Below are positions 1-10,722 of a stretch of 64,000 nucleotides of DNA, piece by piece. The notes under the pieces are model-generated. The model did no database searches. It was given only the letters and a program-made list of their open reading frames with translations, and had not been told where the DNA came from. The position numbers were made by a program, and so were the translations under genes. The stretch is from Cladosporium halotolerans (lineage: Eukaryota): contig NW_027191458.1 in the NCBI RefSeq assembly GCF_011745625.1, positions 930,001 through 994,000 of the forward strand, read 5' to 3'. How positions within the stretch are numbered: the stretch's first letter is position 1; each line of letters opens with the position of its first letter.

Positions 1-1
1 G

Positions 2-301
2 ACGCTCGGCGGCGCCCTCTTCATCTCCGTCGCGCAGAACGTCTTCACCAACTCGCTGCTGAAGAACACGCGCGCCGCCGTGCCCGGGCTCGATCCCGCG
101 CTCGTGCTCGCGACGGGCGCAACGGACCTGCAGAAGAATATACCGGACCAGTTCTTTGGCGCCGTGCAGGTCGCGTACAATTCTGCGCTCGTCAATACTT
201 TCTATGTGGCCGTTGCGTGCGCGGTGCTGAGCATCATTGGAGCGGTGTCTTTCGAGTGGAAGAGTGTCAAGGGGAAGAAGATTGAGATGGCTGCGGCTTG
301 A
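2..301 (+). CDS. 3' end of an MFS drug/toxin efflux transporter (DHA2-like), truncated by the window start
   Basis: Open frame from nt 2 reads TLGGALFISVAQNVFTN...AYNSALVNTFYVAVACAVLSIIGAVSFEWKSVK, typical of the last helices and C-terminus of fungal 14-TM MFS pumps. Stop at 299-301. Confidence 0.85.
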   Translation, partial: TLGGALFISVAQNVFTNSLLKNTRAAVPGLDPALVLATGATDLQKNIPDQFFGAVQVAYNSALVNTFYVAVACAVLSIIGAVSFEWKSVKGKKIEMAAA

Positions 302-718
302 TTCGGCAGGATCGCGGCGACTGTGTTTTGCGTTGTTTCGATACCCTCTGTTGTGTAATGATATCTTGACAGCGACGGCGTTTGTAAAATGGGTCTTGGG
401 CATAGATTTAGTAATGGACTGACTGGCGTCGAGGCTGCGAGCAAAAGCGGCGTAATATATAGAGCGAAGCACAGGGGGAAACTCTCCAATCCAAGAGATC
501 ATTGATTTTATCACCTGAAAACTTCCAGACTGGTTCCATGTCAAGCGCAATAGAAATCATGCACATTCATTGAAAAGGACGTTGTCTAGCCATCCACCAT
601 GAGTTCCTATTAACACCTCGCCCAAACACAATGAACGAGAAGTCCCCATACCCATGCTCTCCAAAACACCTTCCGTGAATCATGCAAGCATTCCAAAAAC
701 ACAGCAAGAAGACGAGGA

Positions 719-3193
719 CTAGATATCCCCCTCCGAAACCTGCGCCTCAAAGTCCCTCTTCACCGTCAGCTCCTCCCACCCCTCCACGTTCTCGATCACC
801 AGCCCTTTCTCGTTCGCCAAGTGCAGCAGGCAGATGAAGCCGTACGACGTCGAGATGTCCGCCAGCTGCGCCTTGGGGTACACGTGTGAGAGGTTGTTCA
901 TGATGTCCGTGAACTTGAGCACGCCGTCCGCGTCGGCCGCGAGCGTGGGGATCTGCGGTTTCTGCGGGTGCGCGGGCTGCGTGGTTTTGCTGTGGGTGTG
1001 TGTTAGCGGACACTCCTGAAAAATTGGAAATTGCAACGGGGGTGGTGGCTGCACGTACCTCTCTTCTTCTTCTCCAAAGCCGATGCCTTGCCACATCTCC
1101 TCCTTGAGCCGCCGCACGTCGACCTTCTTCGCCACGCGCGCGTACTGCACGTACTCCGGGCGCAGCCTGCGGCTCTGCGTGATGATGTTCTCGCCGAACG
1201 CACCCGCCTGCGCCGGATCGGTGCTGCCGGCGACGGCGTCGATGCCCGGCCCCGTGGGGCCAGCGGCTGCGTCGTCGAGAGCAGGCGAGAAATTCTCCCT
1301 TGCGTCAGCGAAAGAGTCGTCGTCCATGTCGCCGCCGGGCATGGGCAGGTTGTCGTCGGCGAAGAAGTTGGCGTCGTAGTCGCCCTGGACCTGCTGCTCG
1401 TCTGCGGCGGCGGCGGGGCCGTTGTTGGCGGCCCAGTAGGCCTCGTCGACCTCCTCGTGCGCGGGGAGGGGTTTGGCGCCCTTCCTGGCGCCGAGCTTGG
1501 CTTTGGGCTTGAGGAAGAGCTTGAGCAGGTCTTTGGAGTTGAAGTGCTTGTCGTCGGGGAGGAGGTTGCGGGTTTTGCTGCGCCATTCGCGCTTGGGCAG
1601 GGAGATGGTGGCGTTGCTGGAGGCTTTGGTGTAGAGCATTGAGGCGAGCTCGCCGCTCATTGGGGCTGCGAAGTTGATCTCGAAGGGCTCCTTTTCCTTG
1701 CGCACTCGCTGCGGTGCGGCGGGCTTGTTGGCTTCCTTGATACGGGCGATCTTCCAGTGTTCTGGGCCAGCCCAGTTCTTTTGTAGTGCCGTGTCGAAGT
1801 AGTTGAGGATGTTTTCGTGGTCGTTCTGCTCGCGGTGCTGCAATGTGACGCCGTATGCGTTCGAGTCGGCATCGAATGTGCCAACTTCGCCGCCTTCCTC
1901 GCCGCCCTCTGCCGACATAGTGTGAACACGCATCTGAGGCTGAATTGCGGCATCCTTCGCCCACGCCTCGCCACCTTCGCCGAAGCCGACCTCGGCATCT
2001 ACGTCGAAATTGACGCCGCCCACATCATCGTCGTCGTCGAATGGGGCAGGTGCGTCGAAACCAGTCGCGTCTCCTTCATTCTGCTCCTCAGAAGACTCCG
2101 GGTGCTCGTCGCGCCAGTTCTCGGGTGCCTTCAAGAAAGGAAGGTCCATCGCATTCTCGCCACCTCCAAGCTCAAAAGTCTTCAGAGAAGGACAAATATC
2201 CTGCTCGTCCAGCGCATCGAGATTGGGGAAGAATTTGACACCCAATGCAGCGATGTTGACCAATCCGTCCGCTTCTGCTGGCTCATCTTCTTTGACCTCC
2301 TCTTTTGTCTCATCTTGTGGTCCTTCTGGCTCCATGCTGTCTTGTCTCGTCTCCTCTACCTCCTCCCGTGCATCATCGCTGCTGTCGAAGACAATTCTGC
2401 CAGTCCCGTCAATTGACAGGTGGTTCAATAGCAGACCCTTGGCACCTCCCTCATCGAAATCCGCAGATGCCTTCTTGAACAGGGGGTCCACTGAGAATTC
2501 GAGCTCCATCTTCTTCAACCTTAGTTGCTCGAACGAGTTGACCAATGTCGCTTCTGCAGAGCGCTGTGCCTTCTTCTTGCTCTTCTTCTTCTGCCCATCT
2601 TCGCCTTCCTCGTCCTCCTCGTCACCCTCTTCTCCGTCCGCATCCACATTATCGCCCCGGCGCTTCTTGTTCCCACTGTCTGCCAAACCACTGAGCAGCT
2701 TGCCCGTCTCCGTCGCAACACTATCCACACGACTCGTGTAGATCTTGACACAGCCGTCCAAAGTACAACTCGCTTTCTGAAAGTTGATCTGGTCTCCCTC
2801 CTTCAGCAAGCTCATATCGTGGAAATAATCAATGAGCGCAAAATTCCAGCTGTTGTTCGCATTGATCTTATTGTCCGTCGCCATCTTCATCCACTCCTCG
2901 AAATTGGCGAGGATCGGCACGCGCTTCATAGGCGTGACCGCGTCGCCTCGCACGCCGTATGCGCCGTCATCTTGCGACGGTGTTTCCGGGTCTCCTGCGC
3001 CTAGCGATCTGCGCTTTTTGTTCGGTGTCGCGGCGGCTTTGAGTTGGTCAAGCTGTTTCGAGTGTGCCATGTGTCGCGATTGCAGGCGCGCTGCTTTCTC
3101 AGATCGGTCGTCGTTGAGTGGTATTGACATGGTCTTCACGGGCGAGGCGTAGGCTGCCGTGGGCTGGTTGCCCGAGGCGCGTACGCGCGGCAT
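719..3193 (-). CDS. BRN1: Condensin complex subunit 2 (barren/kleisin-gamma)
   Basis: Motifs NFEEWMKMATDNKINANNSWNFALIDYF, NFQKASCTLDGCVKIYTSRVDSV, DPLFKKASADFDEGGAKGLL, YARVAKKVDVRRLK and FICLLHLANEKGL. Likely ATG at 3193. In-frame 69-nt intron 990-1058 (GTACGT..GCTAAC..CAG). Confidence 0.95.
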   Translation of the reverse strand: MPRVRASGNQPTAAYASPVKTMSIPLNDDRSEKAARLQSRHMAHSKQLDQLKAAATPNKKRRSLGAGDPETPSQDDGAYGVRGDAVTPMKRVPILANFEEWMKMATDNKINANNSWNFALIDYFHDMSLLKEGDQINFQKASCTLDGCVKIYTSRVDSVATETGKLLSGLADSGNKKRRGDNVDADGEEGDEEDEEGEDGQKKKSKKKAQRSAEATLVNSFEQLRLKKMELEFSVDPLFKKASADFDEGGAKGLLLNHLSIDGTGRIVFDSSDDAREEVEETRQDSMEPEGPQDETKEEVKEDEPAEADGLVNIAALGVKFFPNLDALDEQDICPSLKTFELGGGENAMDLPFLKAPENWRDEHPESSEEQNEGDATGFDAPAPFDDDDDVGGVNFDVDAEVGFGEGGEAWAKDAAIQPQMRVHTMSAEGGEEGGEVGTFDADSNAYGVTLQHREQNDHENILNYFDTALQKNWAGPEHWKIARIKEANKPAAPQRVRKEKEPFEINFAAPMSGELASMLYTKASSNATISLPKREWRSKTRNLLPDDKHFNSKDLLKLFLKPKAKLGARKGAKPLPAHEEVDEAYWAANNGPAAAADEQQVQGDYDANFFADDNLPMPGGDMDDDSFADARENFSPALDDAAAGPTGPGIDAVAGSTDPAQAGAFGENIITQSRRLRPEYVQYARVAKKVDVRRLKEEMWQGIGFGEEEERYVQPPPPLQFPIFQECPLTHTHSKTTQPAHPQKPQIPTLAADADGVLKFTDIMNNLSHVYPKAQLADISTSYGFICLLHLANEKGLVIENVEGWEELTVKRDFEAQVSEGDI

Positions 3194-3698
3194 GATCGGG
3201 TGCTGTAGGTTTTGAGGATATGCTTTGTGGTTTTCGTGTGCATCCAAGGTATCCGTACGTTGTGGTGATCAATGAGCGTCGACGTCGCCGTTGCCTTCGC
3301 TTCGTCTCGTTATTTGGCACGAAGTAAACAAACGCGCGCGGAATCCTGCCGCTGCGCCCCAGACTGCGGCCGCGGGTTGATCGGCTGCGGCGATCCGCAC
3401 GCACGTCACTCCACCGCTTGCTACTGCCACTGCCACCAGCTGCCAAGTTCTCGACAGGCCACCGGCGGGCAAATGCGGGCCGACGCCATACTACCTCGCT
3501 GCGTCGCTGGCAATCGATCATTGGCGTCTCTTGGTCTGGCCCATCGCCGCCTTGACTGCGCCTCAATACCTGTTGCTCGCTCTGTTGTGATGCCGTTGCT
3601 CGTTCCTGGTTGCCACACTTTACCCTGAGGGCCACCTTCTCCCTCCTTTGTACATATCTTCCGGACTCTGCGATTGCTGGACCTCGGTCAGTCGCGAC

Positions 3699-6600
3699 AT
3701 GCCCGCCTCATGGCCATCTAAGGACACAGCCTCACATATGCGGGCGCCGGGCGCAAGGAAGAGCTATCGCGCCGCGCGGGCCTTTTACCTGGTCATCGCA
3801 ATCGGCCTGCTGCTGGCGGCATGCGCTGCGTACTATCGCCAGGATGGAGTCGAATCGACGTACAGCGCGCAGGCGCTCCTGCGCAGAGACGACAAGTCGG
3901 CAATGAACGAGGAAGAGCAGTGTCGATTGGTACATCGGAGCAAGGACCAATGCCACTTTGTCAAGAAACACTGCCCGGACGATGAAGGCGGGTTCGCCGC
4001 CTACCTGGACCTGTACTTCTGCAAGTTGCCGCACGCCAAACCGGTCGCATTCATGACACTGGTCGTGTGGCTTGGGCTCTTGTTCTCTACGATTGGAATC
4101 GCCGCGAGCGACTTCTTCTGCATCAACCTCAGCACAATCGCAAGCATTCTCGGCATGAGCGAAAGCATGGCCGGTGTCACACTGCTGGCATTCGGCAACG
4201 GCAGCCCGGACGTCTTTTCCACCTTTGCGGCTATGAATACGAACAGCGGTAGTCTGGCGGTCGGAGAGCTCATGGGAGCAGCTGTGTTCATCACAGCCGT
4301 CGTGGCAGGATCCATGGCGCTTATCAAGCCCTTCCATGTTGCGCGCAAGAGCTTCGTCCGGGATGTGGGCTTTTTCATCGTGGCTGCCGGATTCAGTTTC
4401 TCGTTTCTATGGGATGGCAGGCTGCAGCTTTGGGAATGTATTGCGATGGTGATCTACTATCTTGTTTACGTCACATTCGTTGTCGTATGGCATTGGTGGA
4501 TCGGGCGTCGGAGGCGCCAAAGAGAAAAGCAGGCAGCTGCAAGAGGACATTACTTGCCCCCGGGCGACGAGATGGATTTGGAGGGTGAATATCATGATGA
4601 TCCGGAGGATGATGACGCTGGGACTGTCAGGCCAGGCATGTCAAGAGGCGCTTCGAGGGAAGACTTTGCTGCTTTGGAACGTGGCGCTGGTACGCCTAAT
4701 GAAGACCTACCCGACGAGGATGAAGAGGAAGAGGCACGCGACCGGTGGATCAGTGAGCTCAACAGCAACATGCGGGTTTCACGGCCTCAAGTCCGCTCTC
4801 GCCGGAATACTATCGGTCCAGTCAGGCCCTCTCTCGTTGGAGCCTTGGAGTTTCAGGCCGTTCTCAACTCTCTCCAGAAATCGCGCAACATCCAAACGAT
4901 CCCGATGGACTCCAGGCTGCTGTACTCAGACAACCCTGAGATAGATGTGCAAGATCACGACAATCACTCGACGCTGTCTGACCCTGTGGGCCGAGACCCG
5001 CCTAGACTTACAATCGACACGAGCGCGGAGCCGGCAGATGGGAATTCTAGTTTGGTTGTCCCCAGGTCAGCGCCCGCGAGAGGAAGAGCTGTGTCTGCTG
5101 GTGACGCTTCTGGTCGCGGATTGAGTCCAAACTTCCATCGGGCTAATCGGCAACGTAACTCAGGTGACTGGAGTCACAATGAGCACGCTGGTGTTGTCGG
5201 AATGCAGGTTCCCCGCCTGGAGATTCCAAGCCCTGGTCGACAGTCCGCCCCACAAACTCCGACCGTCGAGGTCTCTGCCCCTACGCCTACTTTCCCGATT
5301 CCTGAAGAGCCAGAGGAAGAGGAAGGCGGAACCACGCCAGACCACCTCACGGTTGCCGACGCCGAGGCGACATTCCGAAAACAGTCAGACTACTTTGTGC
5401 CTCGGTCCAGAGGAAACACTATCAGCAATCTGAGTCCCAAAGATTCACCACGCGCAGTACCGCAAGCACGCGATCTGCCCAAGATCAAGATCCCCCGAGA
5501 ACGCCGATCGCGCGAATCAACGCCCAGCTCGTCACCTTTTCCGGCGTACTGGGAGCCAACTTCCGCTATTTCCTCTCGAGCACCCAGCATACACCTACCC
5601 CCGCCTTTGTCGCCAGAGTCAATACCAGTTTCCCAGAGTGCCGAGCGAGAGATCCCATCGCGGCCGACCAGATGGTGGCCTTACAGCATTCTCCCTCCGC
5701 CCGGAGTCCTCATATCGACATTATTTCCTACTATCTATCACTGGCATGACAAGAGCATCTGGGAGAAGATGATCGGTCTTGTCGCAGCTCCTAGTGTTTT
5801 CCTGCTAACGATCACTCTTCCGGTTGTCGAGAGCGGGAAAGACGGCGACGATGAGGACGATTTGCCTCAACCTACGTCTTACGATTCCAGGCGGTCGCGT
5901 GGTGCCACAGTTACATCGAACGATGCCAGTGGAACCTTGAAGGGTTCAATGAACTCAAAAGTGTCGCATTCACATCACGGTTCGATGGGCGGACGCGAGA
6001 CCATGGCATCATTGGCAGCTGCCACCGAGCAACAGTATCGTCATAACTTCGGCACTGTTTCTCATGATGGAACGCCGCCCATCACCGACGAGCAACGGGG
6101 ACTCTTATCTGCATCCCCCGAACCGGTCAGTGAGTTGTCTATCTCACCGCCTGGGTCGCCTACGCCACAGGATCCCAATGAGTGGAATCGATGGCTGGTC
6201 TTGATCCAGCTCTATCTTGCTCCTCTGTTCTGCGTGCTGTCAATCTATGTCCAGTCGACTTCAGACTTATCACCGCGGTGGCTCGTCCTGCCCGTTCTTA
6301 TCAGCCTACTCACCTCCACGGTCCTGTTGATACCAGTACTCCTCACCACAACTTCCAGTCGACGCCCCGCCTTTTACCGCACACTGCTATCTGCGGCCGG
6401 CTTCGTAGTCTCAATCGCTTGGATTTCAACAATCGCCTCCCAAGTCGTTGGAGCCCTGAAAGCCCTCGCCGTTATCTGCAACATGAGCCACGCCATCATG
6501 GGCCTCACCATCTTCGCCGTCGGCAACTCCCTCGGCGACCTCGTCGCAGACATCACCGTCGCCAAGCTCGGATACCCCGTCATGGCGCTTTCTGCCTGCT

Positions 6601-6926
6601 TCGGCGGCCCCATGCTCAACATCCTCCTCGGCATCGGCCTCTCGGGCTCCTACATCCTTATTCGCGGCGCCCACCATCATCAGCACAAACACCCGGGCTC
6701 CGAGCTGCGCTACAAAGCCTACCACATCGAGGTCGGCAGGACGCTGATCGTCACCGGCGCTACGCTGCTGGTTACGCTTGTCGGACTACTCGTCGTCGTC
6801 CCGCTGAACAGGTGGGTGCTCAACAAGCGCATCGGCTTCGCGCTCATCACGCTGTGGCTTGTCACCACTATTCTTAACGTTGCGCTCGAGCTCACGGGCT
6901 GGGGCATGCATAACAGTCAGAGCTGA
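3699..6926 (+). CDS. Cation/Ca2+ exchanger (sodium/calcium exchanger family)
   Basis: Two alpha-repeat motifs, GVTLLAFGNGSPD and GLTIFAVGNSLGD, with two TM clusters separated by a long hydrophilic loop. First ATG is 3699; the start is uncertain. Confidence 0.9.
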   Translation: MPASWPSKDTASHMRAPGARKSYRAARAFYLVIAIGLLLAACAAYYRQDGVESTYSAQALLRRDDKSAMNEEEQCRLVHRSKDQCHFVKKHCPDDEGGFAAYLDLYFCKLPHAKPVAFMTLVVWLGLLFSTIGIAASDFFCINLSTIASILGMSESMAGVTLLAFGNGSPDVFSTFAAMNTNSGSLAVGELMGAAVFITAVVAGSMALIKPFHVARKSFVRDVGFFIVAAGFSFSFLWDGRLQLWECIAMVIYYLVYVTFVVVWHWWIGRRRRQREKQAAARGHYLPPGDEMDLEGEYHDDPEDDDAGTVRPGMSRGASREDFAALERGAGTPNEDLPDEDEEEEARDRWISELNSNMRVSRPQVRSRRNTIGPVRPSLVGALEFQAVLNSLQKSRNIQTIPMDSRLLYSDNPEIDVQDHDNHSTLSDPVGRDPPRLTIDTSAEPADGNSSLVVPRSAPARGRAVSAGDASGRGLSPNFHRANRQRNSGDWSHNEHAGVVGMQVPRLEIPSPGRQSAPQTPTVEVSAPTPTFPIPEEPEEEEGGTTPDHLTVADAEATFRKQSDYFVPRSRGNTISNLSPKDSPRAVPQARDLPKIKIPRERRSRESTPSSSPFPAYWEPTSAISSRAPSIHLPPPLSPESIPVSQSAEREIPSRPTRWWPYSILPPPGVLISTLFPTIYHWHDKSIWEKMIGLVAAPSVFLLTITLPVVESGKDGDDEDDLPQPTSYDSRRSRGATVTSNDASGTLKGSMNSKVSHSHHGSMGGRETMASLAAATEQQYRHNFGTVSHDGTPPITDEQRGLLSASPEPVSELSISPPGSPTPQDPNEWNRWLVLIQLYLAPLFCVLSIYVQSTSDLSPRWLVLPVLISLLTSTVLLIPVLLTTTSSRRPAFYRTLLSAAGFVVSIAWISTIASQVVGALKALAVICNMSHAIMGLTIFAVGNSLGDLVADITVAKLGYPVMALSACFGGPMLNILLGIGLSGSYILIRGAHHHQHKHPGSELRYKAYHIEVGRTLIVTGATLLVTLVGLLVVVPLNRWVLNKRIGFALITLWLVTTILNVALELTGWGMHNSQS

Positions 6927-7524
6927 GGGCTGTTTCACCTGGATATTTTCTAGAGGGAAGAATTGGGCGGTCGCCCGCCCAGGGGATGGAGGTTGATTGG
7001 GTTGCATTTTCCGACACGATACCACTTTTGCACATGATGGGGCCGGCGTTTGATTTTTTGTGTACATATTCTTTGGAATTTTTGTTTTCTTAGTACTTAG
7101 TTCTGTTCATGAGGCACAATTAGACTGGGACAGATCCTCCGGGATGAAACCTCGTGTATTCGGCAAAGTCCATTTATGGACGTGAATCTTGATTTGCCAT
7201 TTACGGTCATTTCGATCAAGACCTGAGTCAAAGCTGAGCAAAGCTGGCCGTGCGACGAAAGACCCGACTCGACTCGCCGGCCAGGAGCGCGACAGGCCAA
7301 GGAAATGCGCTATTTTAATGGAACAAAATGAATATGCATTGATCAAAGTTACATGTCATGTCTGCCCTTATCCCCAAGGGCCTCTCCTCATCACACTACA
7401 GATCCTTGTAGTATTTTGAAGCCATCTGCTCAAACGGTGCTGTACTTCTGACTGTCAGAATGCCGAAAAGGGGTTGGTATCTCCTTTATCCCAACGGTCC
7501 ACTCCCACCCGAGCATCAAACCTC

Positions 7525-8622
7525 TCAGCTTTCCCCGTCCATGACATCCGCGACGCCACAGCCCGCCACGCTCTGGCCGCCTTGCTCGCAGCCAGACTCG
7601 GAAGGCGCAGCGACGGACGTGGACGACGGCGCAGGCTCGGCCTCCCGAGTCGGCTTGTCAACCAGCTGCCCGTGCGACTTCAGCGAGATAGAGAGCGTAG
7701 GGTGCGACGAAGCGGAGCTGGCATCTTCACCGGCTGGAGAGCCCACGCCGGACGTCGGCTCGTCGCGCGTGCTGAGAGCGGGCGTGGCGTCCGGGTCTAC
7801 GATCTTGGTCGAGGTGACGGTCGGGCGCGGCGCGAGCGTGCTGCCGGAAGGGTCGACGGTGAGGACTGTGGTGCTCTTGATTGTCTCGCGGGGTGGCGTG
7901 ACGGTTGCGATGCCGCTGGATGGAGAGGTTGTGCTCGAGGTGGTGGTTGTCAGTTGGGCGGCGCTCTTGATGAGGTCGGCGAGGTTCGAGACGGCGGGTG
8001 CGGCGGAGGAGGAAGAGCTGCTTGTGGAGCTCGTTGATGTCGAGCTTGGAGTCTCCGAGATGCTGGTGGTCGTGGTCTCGATCTCGACAATGGGAGATTG
8101 TGGTCCCTGTCCCATGAAGAAGTTGGGGGAGATGTTGATCGGTTGGGAGTTGCAGTCGCAGCCAGCGACTAGAGTGCCAGCGTTATTGGGATGCAGAAGC
8201 CTCGCCGGCATGCTGTTGACCAGTCCGATGACTGTGTATGCGAACAAGGCTGCACTCTCAAATAGGAAGATTGCCAGCAGAGCCCAGAAGAGGGGTCTGG
8301 CGATGTAGATTCCAGGTTTACGGACGGGCTGCTGAGGGTAGCTCTCGAACGCCTTCGTCGGCGTCGGTGTTGTCGGGCCTTTGGTGTCGAAGATGGTCGA
8401 GAAGCGAGGTGGCGGCTGGTGGCCTTGATCCTTCATCGCCATCTTCTCCGTGAACTCGCGATCCTCGGCCTCGGGAGACGCTGGCATCTTGCCTTTGAAG
8501 TCCGAGCTACCCTGCTCAACGTCATGCGACATGTTGTCGTTGACGTGCGCCTCAAAGCTCTTCCTGAAAGGCATGGTATCGATGGCGGTAGTGTTCGAGT
8601 CGCGCCTTGTGTTCGTGCTCAT
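7525..8622 (-). CDS. Hypothetical single-pass membrane protein with a Ser/Thr-rich (mucin-like) C-terminal region
   Basis: 365-aa ATG ORF with one long hydrophobic stretch (PLFWALLAIFLFESAALFAYTVIGLV), a GCDC motif and then an S/T/P-rich tract. Codon usage is GC3-biased. Confidence 0.7.
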   Translation of the reverse strand: MSTNTRRDSNTTAIDTMPFRKSFEAHVNDNMSHDVEQGSSDFKGKMPASPEAEDREFTEKMAMKDQGHQPPPRFSTIFDTKGPTTPTPTKAFESYPQQPVRKPGIYIARPLFWALLAIFLFESAALFAYTVIGLVNSMPARLLHPNNAGTLVAGCDCNSQPINISPNFFMGQGPQSPIVEIETTTTSISETPSSTSTSSTSSSSSSAAPAVSNLADLIKSAAQLTTTTSSTTSPSSGIATVTPPRETIKSTTVLTVDPSGSTLAPRPTVTSTKIVDPDATPALSTRDEPTSGVGSPAGEDASSASSHPTLSISLKSHGQLVDKPTREAEPAPSSTSVAAPSESGCEQGGQSVAGCGVADVMDGES

Positions 8623-9410
8623 TTTATTTGAAGAGATCGTTGTAGATTTGCTGTGAGAGACCTGCTCTTTGTGCGATTGCGTCGTTAAATGGTGGTTGTG
8701 CGTGCGAAGTGATTGACCAGTCTGTGGCCTTGAGCGTGCAAGAGAGCAAAGAGTTTCGTATGCCGAAGAAGCGTTAGAGTTGTCGGGGTTGGGCGTGAGA
8801 TCAGAGGTACATTAGTGATCAAAGAAAGTTGACGGTCAAGGGCATTGTCCAGCAAGCCTGTAGTGAACAAAGGGAGAGAGTGAAAGGGGAGTGAACAGAC
8901 AATGAAAGCGCAGGAGATCGCTCAGAACGCGGGACTATGGCATGTGAACATTGGAGGGAGGAAGAGAAGAAGCCGATAGCATCGACAGCGCCGCACAACT
9001 GCATTGACGGCGTCGCGTTGGCCTTCGTGTCACAGTCAAGATCGCCAGTCACCTTCTGGGCCCAGGCGTGTCGCTTTTGGTGCCGCATTCAACAGCGATG
9101 CGGCGTTGTCTAAGTATAGCCATTTTTATTCCGCCCATCATGTTGAAAATGAGCGCCTAAGACGTTGCAGACCAATGGTTTGGGCAGTGAAGTGAGGTTC
9201 TGGAGGAGATGCAAGTCTGAAACGCAGCATGTTTCAAAGCCGGCGTGACGCTGAGCGGTGATTGGCCGAGCGCAAGCGCAGCGCGGTTGCTCTCACGGAA
9301 GTCCTGTCGCTTCTTTCAACTCCCCCGTGCAAGGAGAGGATGGAGCCAACACATTTTCGCAAGTTTCGCATTTGAAGGCGCTGCTGAAATGTGTCTATGT
9401 CTCTCACAAG

Positions 9411-10061
9411 ATGGAAAGTAACGACAACGACCGGCTTGACGACAACGACCAGCCTGACGACAGCGACCGGCCCAACTGGCGTAGGAAACAGACCTCTCTC
9501 TACGACGCCGTAGCAGGCCGCGTGGGCTACGAAGGCTTCCTAGGCGAAGAGGTCCCCTCCAAGCGTCACGGCGAGACTAGCCGCTCTGCCACCGCTGTGC
9601 CGCCAGAGGAGGTGCTGTTCCGACGCAAAGGCGCGCCAATACGCTATGAGGAAGACGACATCTACCCCGCCGACCGCCACCTAGGTCCCCACCAGCGTCT
9701 TCCGGATTCGGATCTCCTGAAAACGATCCATGCCTATGCCAGCGATTTCTACGCGAAGACTGGGAGTCAGATCGACTTCAAGAGCCTCGATGAGACTGCT
9801 CTGCTTGCCATGGGTATTCTCCTTGAAGAGGCGGCTGCCGAGTCGCTCGGGAAGAGCGGCGATCTAGCTTTAATGGAAGGTCAGATGGACGACCATGACA
9901 TTGCTGGACCTTCTCCGGGCTCGAAGGATTTCTCGCATGTCACGCGCAACAGGAGTGTCATCGACCGCGGTCAATCGACGGCGAACTTCTTCCGCAGCCA
10001 GGCAGCCAGACGTCCGAGAAGTGCGAGCGCAAGATCGACCCGCAGCCGTTCGAACGGCTGA
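9411..10061 (+). CDS. RRN10: Probable RNA polymerase I upstream activation factor subunit Rrn10-like protein
   Basis: Motifs SLYDAVAGR, PPEEVLF, LPDSDLLKTIHAYASDFY and LDETALLAMGILLEE, recalled from fungal Rrn10-family proteins. ATG at 9411. Confidence 0.65.
   Translation: MESNDNDRLDDNDQPDDSDRPNWRRKQTSLYDAVAGRVGYEGFLGEEVPSKRHGETSRSATAVPPEEVLFRRKGAPIRYEEDDIYPADRHLGPHQRLPDSDLLKTIHAYASDFYAKTGSQIDFKSLDETALLAMGILLEEAAAESLGKSGDLALMEGQMDDHDIAGPSPGSKDFSHVTRNRSVIDRGQSTANFFRSQAARRPRSASARSTRSRSNG
9420..9473 (+). repeat. Three imperfect 18-nt coding tandem repeats
   Basis: aacgacaacgaccggctt / gacgacaacgaccagcct / gacgacagcgaccggccc, encoding NDNDRL-DDNDQP-DDSDRP. Confidence 0.8.
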
Positions 10062-10722
10062 AAGAGTCTGCAGTGTACCTCACACGTACGCATTCAAGCA
10101 AATCAAGCCGAGTCATCATCCCCGAATTTAAGACCTGACACAGGTCGATCATTCAAACCAGTCACCCTGATTGGCGGATCGGCCAATTGTCTTGCTGGAC
10201 CGGCCTGGCGTCGCAGGAATGGTTTGACAGCCCGGTTCGATTACCCTCAACACTGTCTTCATTGCCCAGAAGCAGAGCACAATCTGCATTGACAGACTTG
10301 GAGCGCCATGATGAGGTGTGTCGTGCAAGACTCACAGATGTCACGATCGAGTCACAGGGCCAGGACGAGAGCTGTTGAAGTCAGAGAGGTGTAACACCTT
10401 CTTCAACAACCTCAGGATTAGTGGTAAAGGTGTAACACAGGAGTGAGCTTGATGGATGCCTAAGTCTCAGCAAGCACCAAGCTGTGCACTACGCTCACGT
10501 AGCAGCCCACGCCATAACATCATGACACGGTCACACGGATTGGCCATTCACAGCGGTCGTTCTGTGTCTACACAGCTACATACGCCGACCAAAGCATGCT
10601 TGCAACTTCAACCAGTCCGATGTGCCATAGCAGTGATCACGCTATCTCTAATTCATGTCGATGCTTCCTGTTCAAGCTCATCTCCAATTCCTTCGTCAAA
10701 GTCTGCTTCGCCCTCTACCACA

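Noticed and set aside
7460..8308. Long antisense or overlapping ORFs (e.g. 7460-8308, 10456-11358, 47855-49213, 32876-33607, 21682-22323)
   Set aside because: They are shadows of GC3-rich real genes on the other strand or frame and contain no family motifs.
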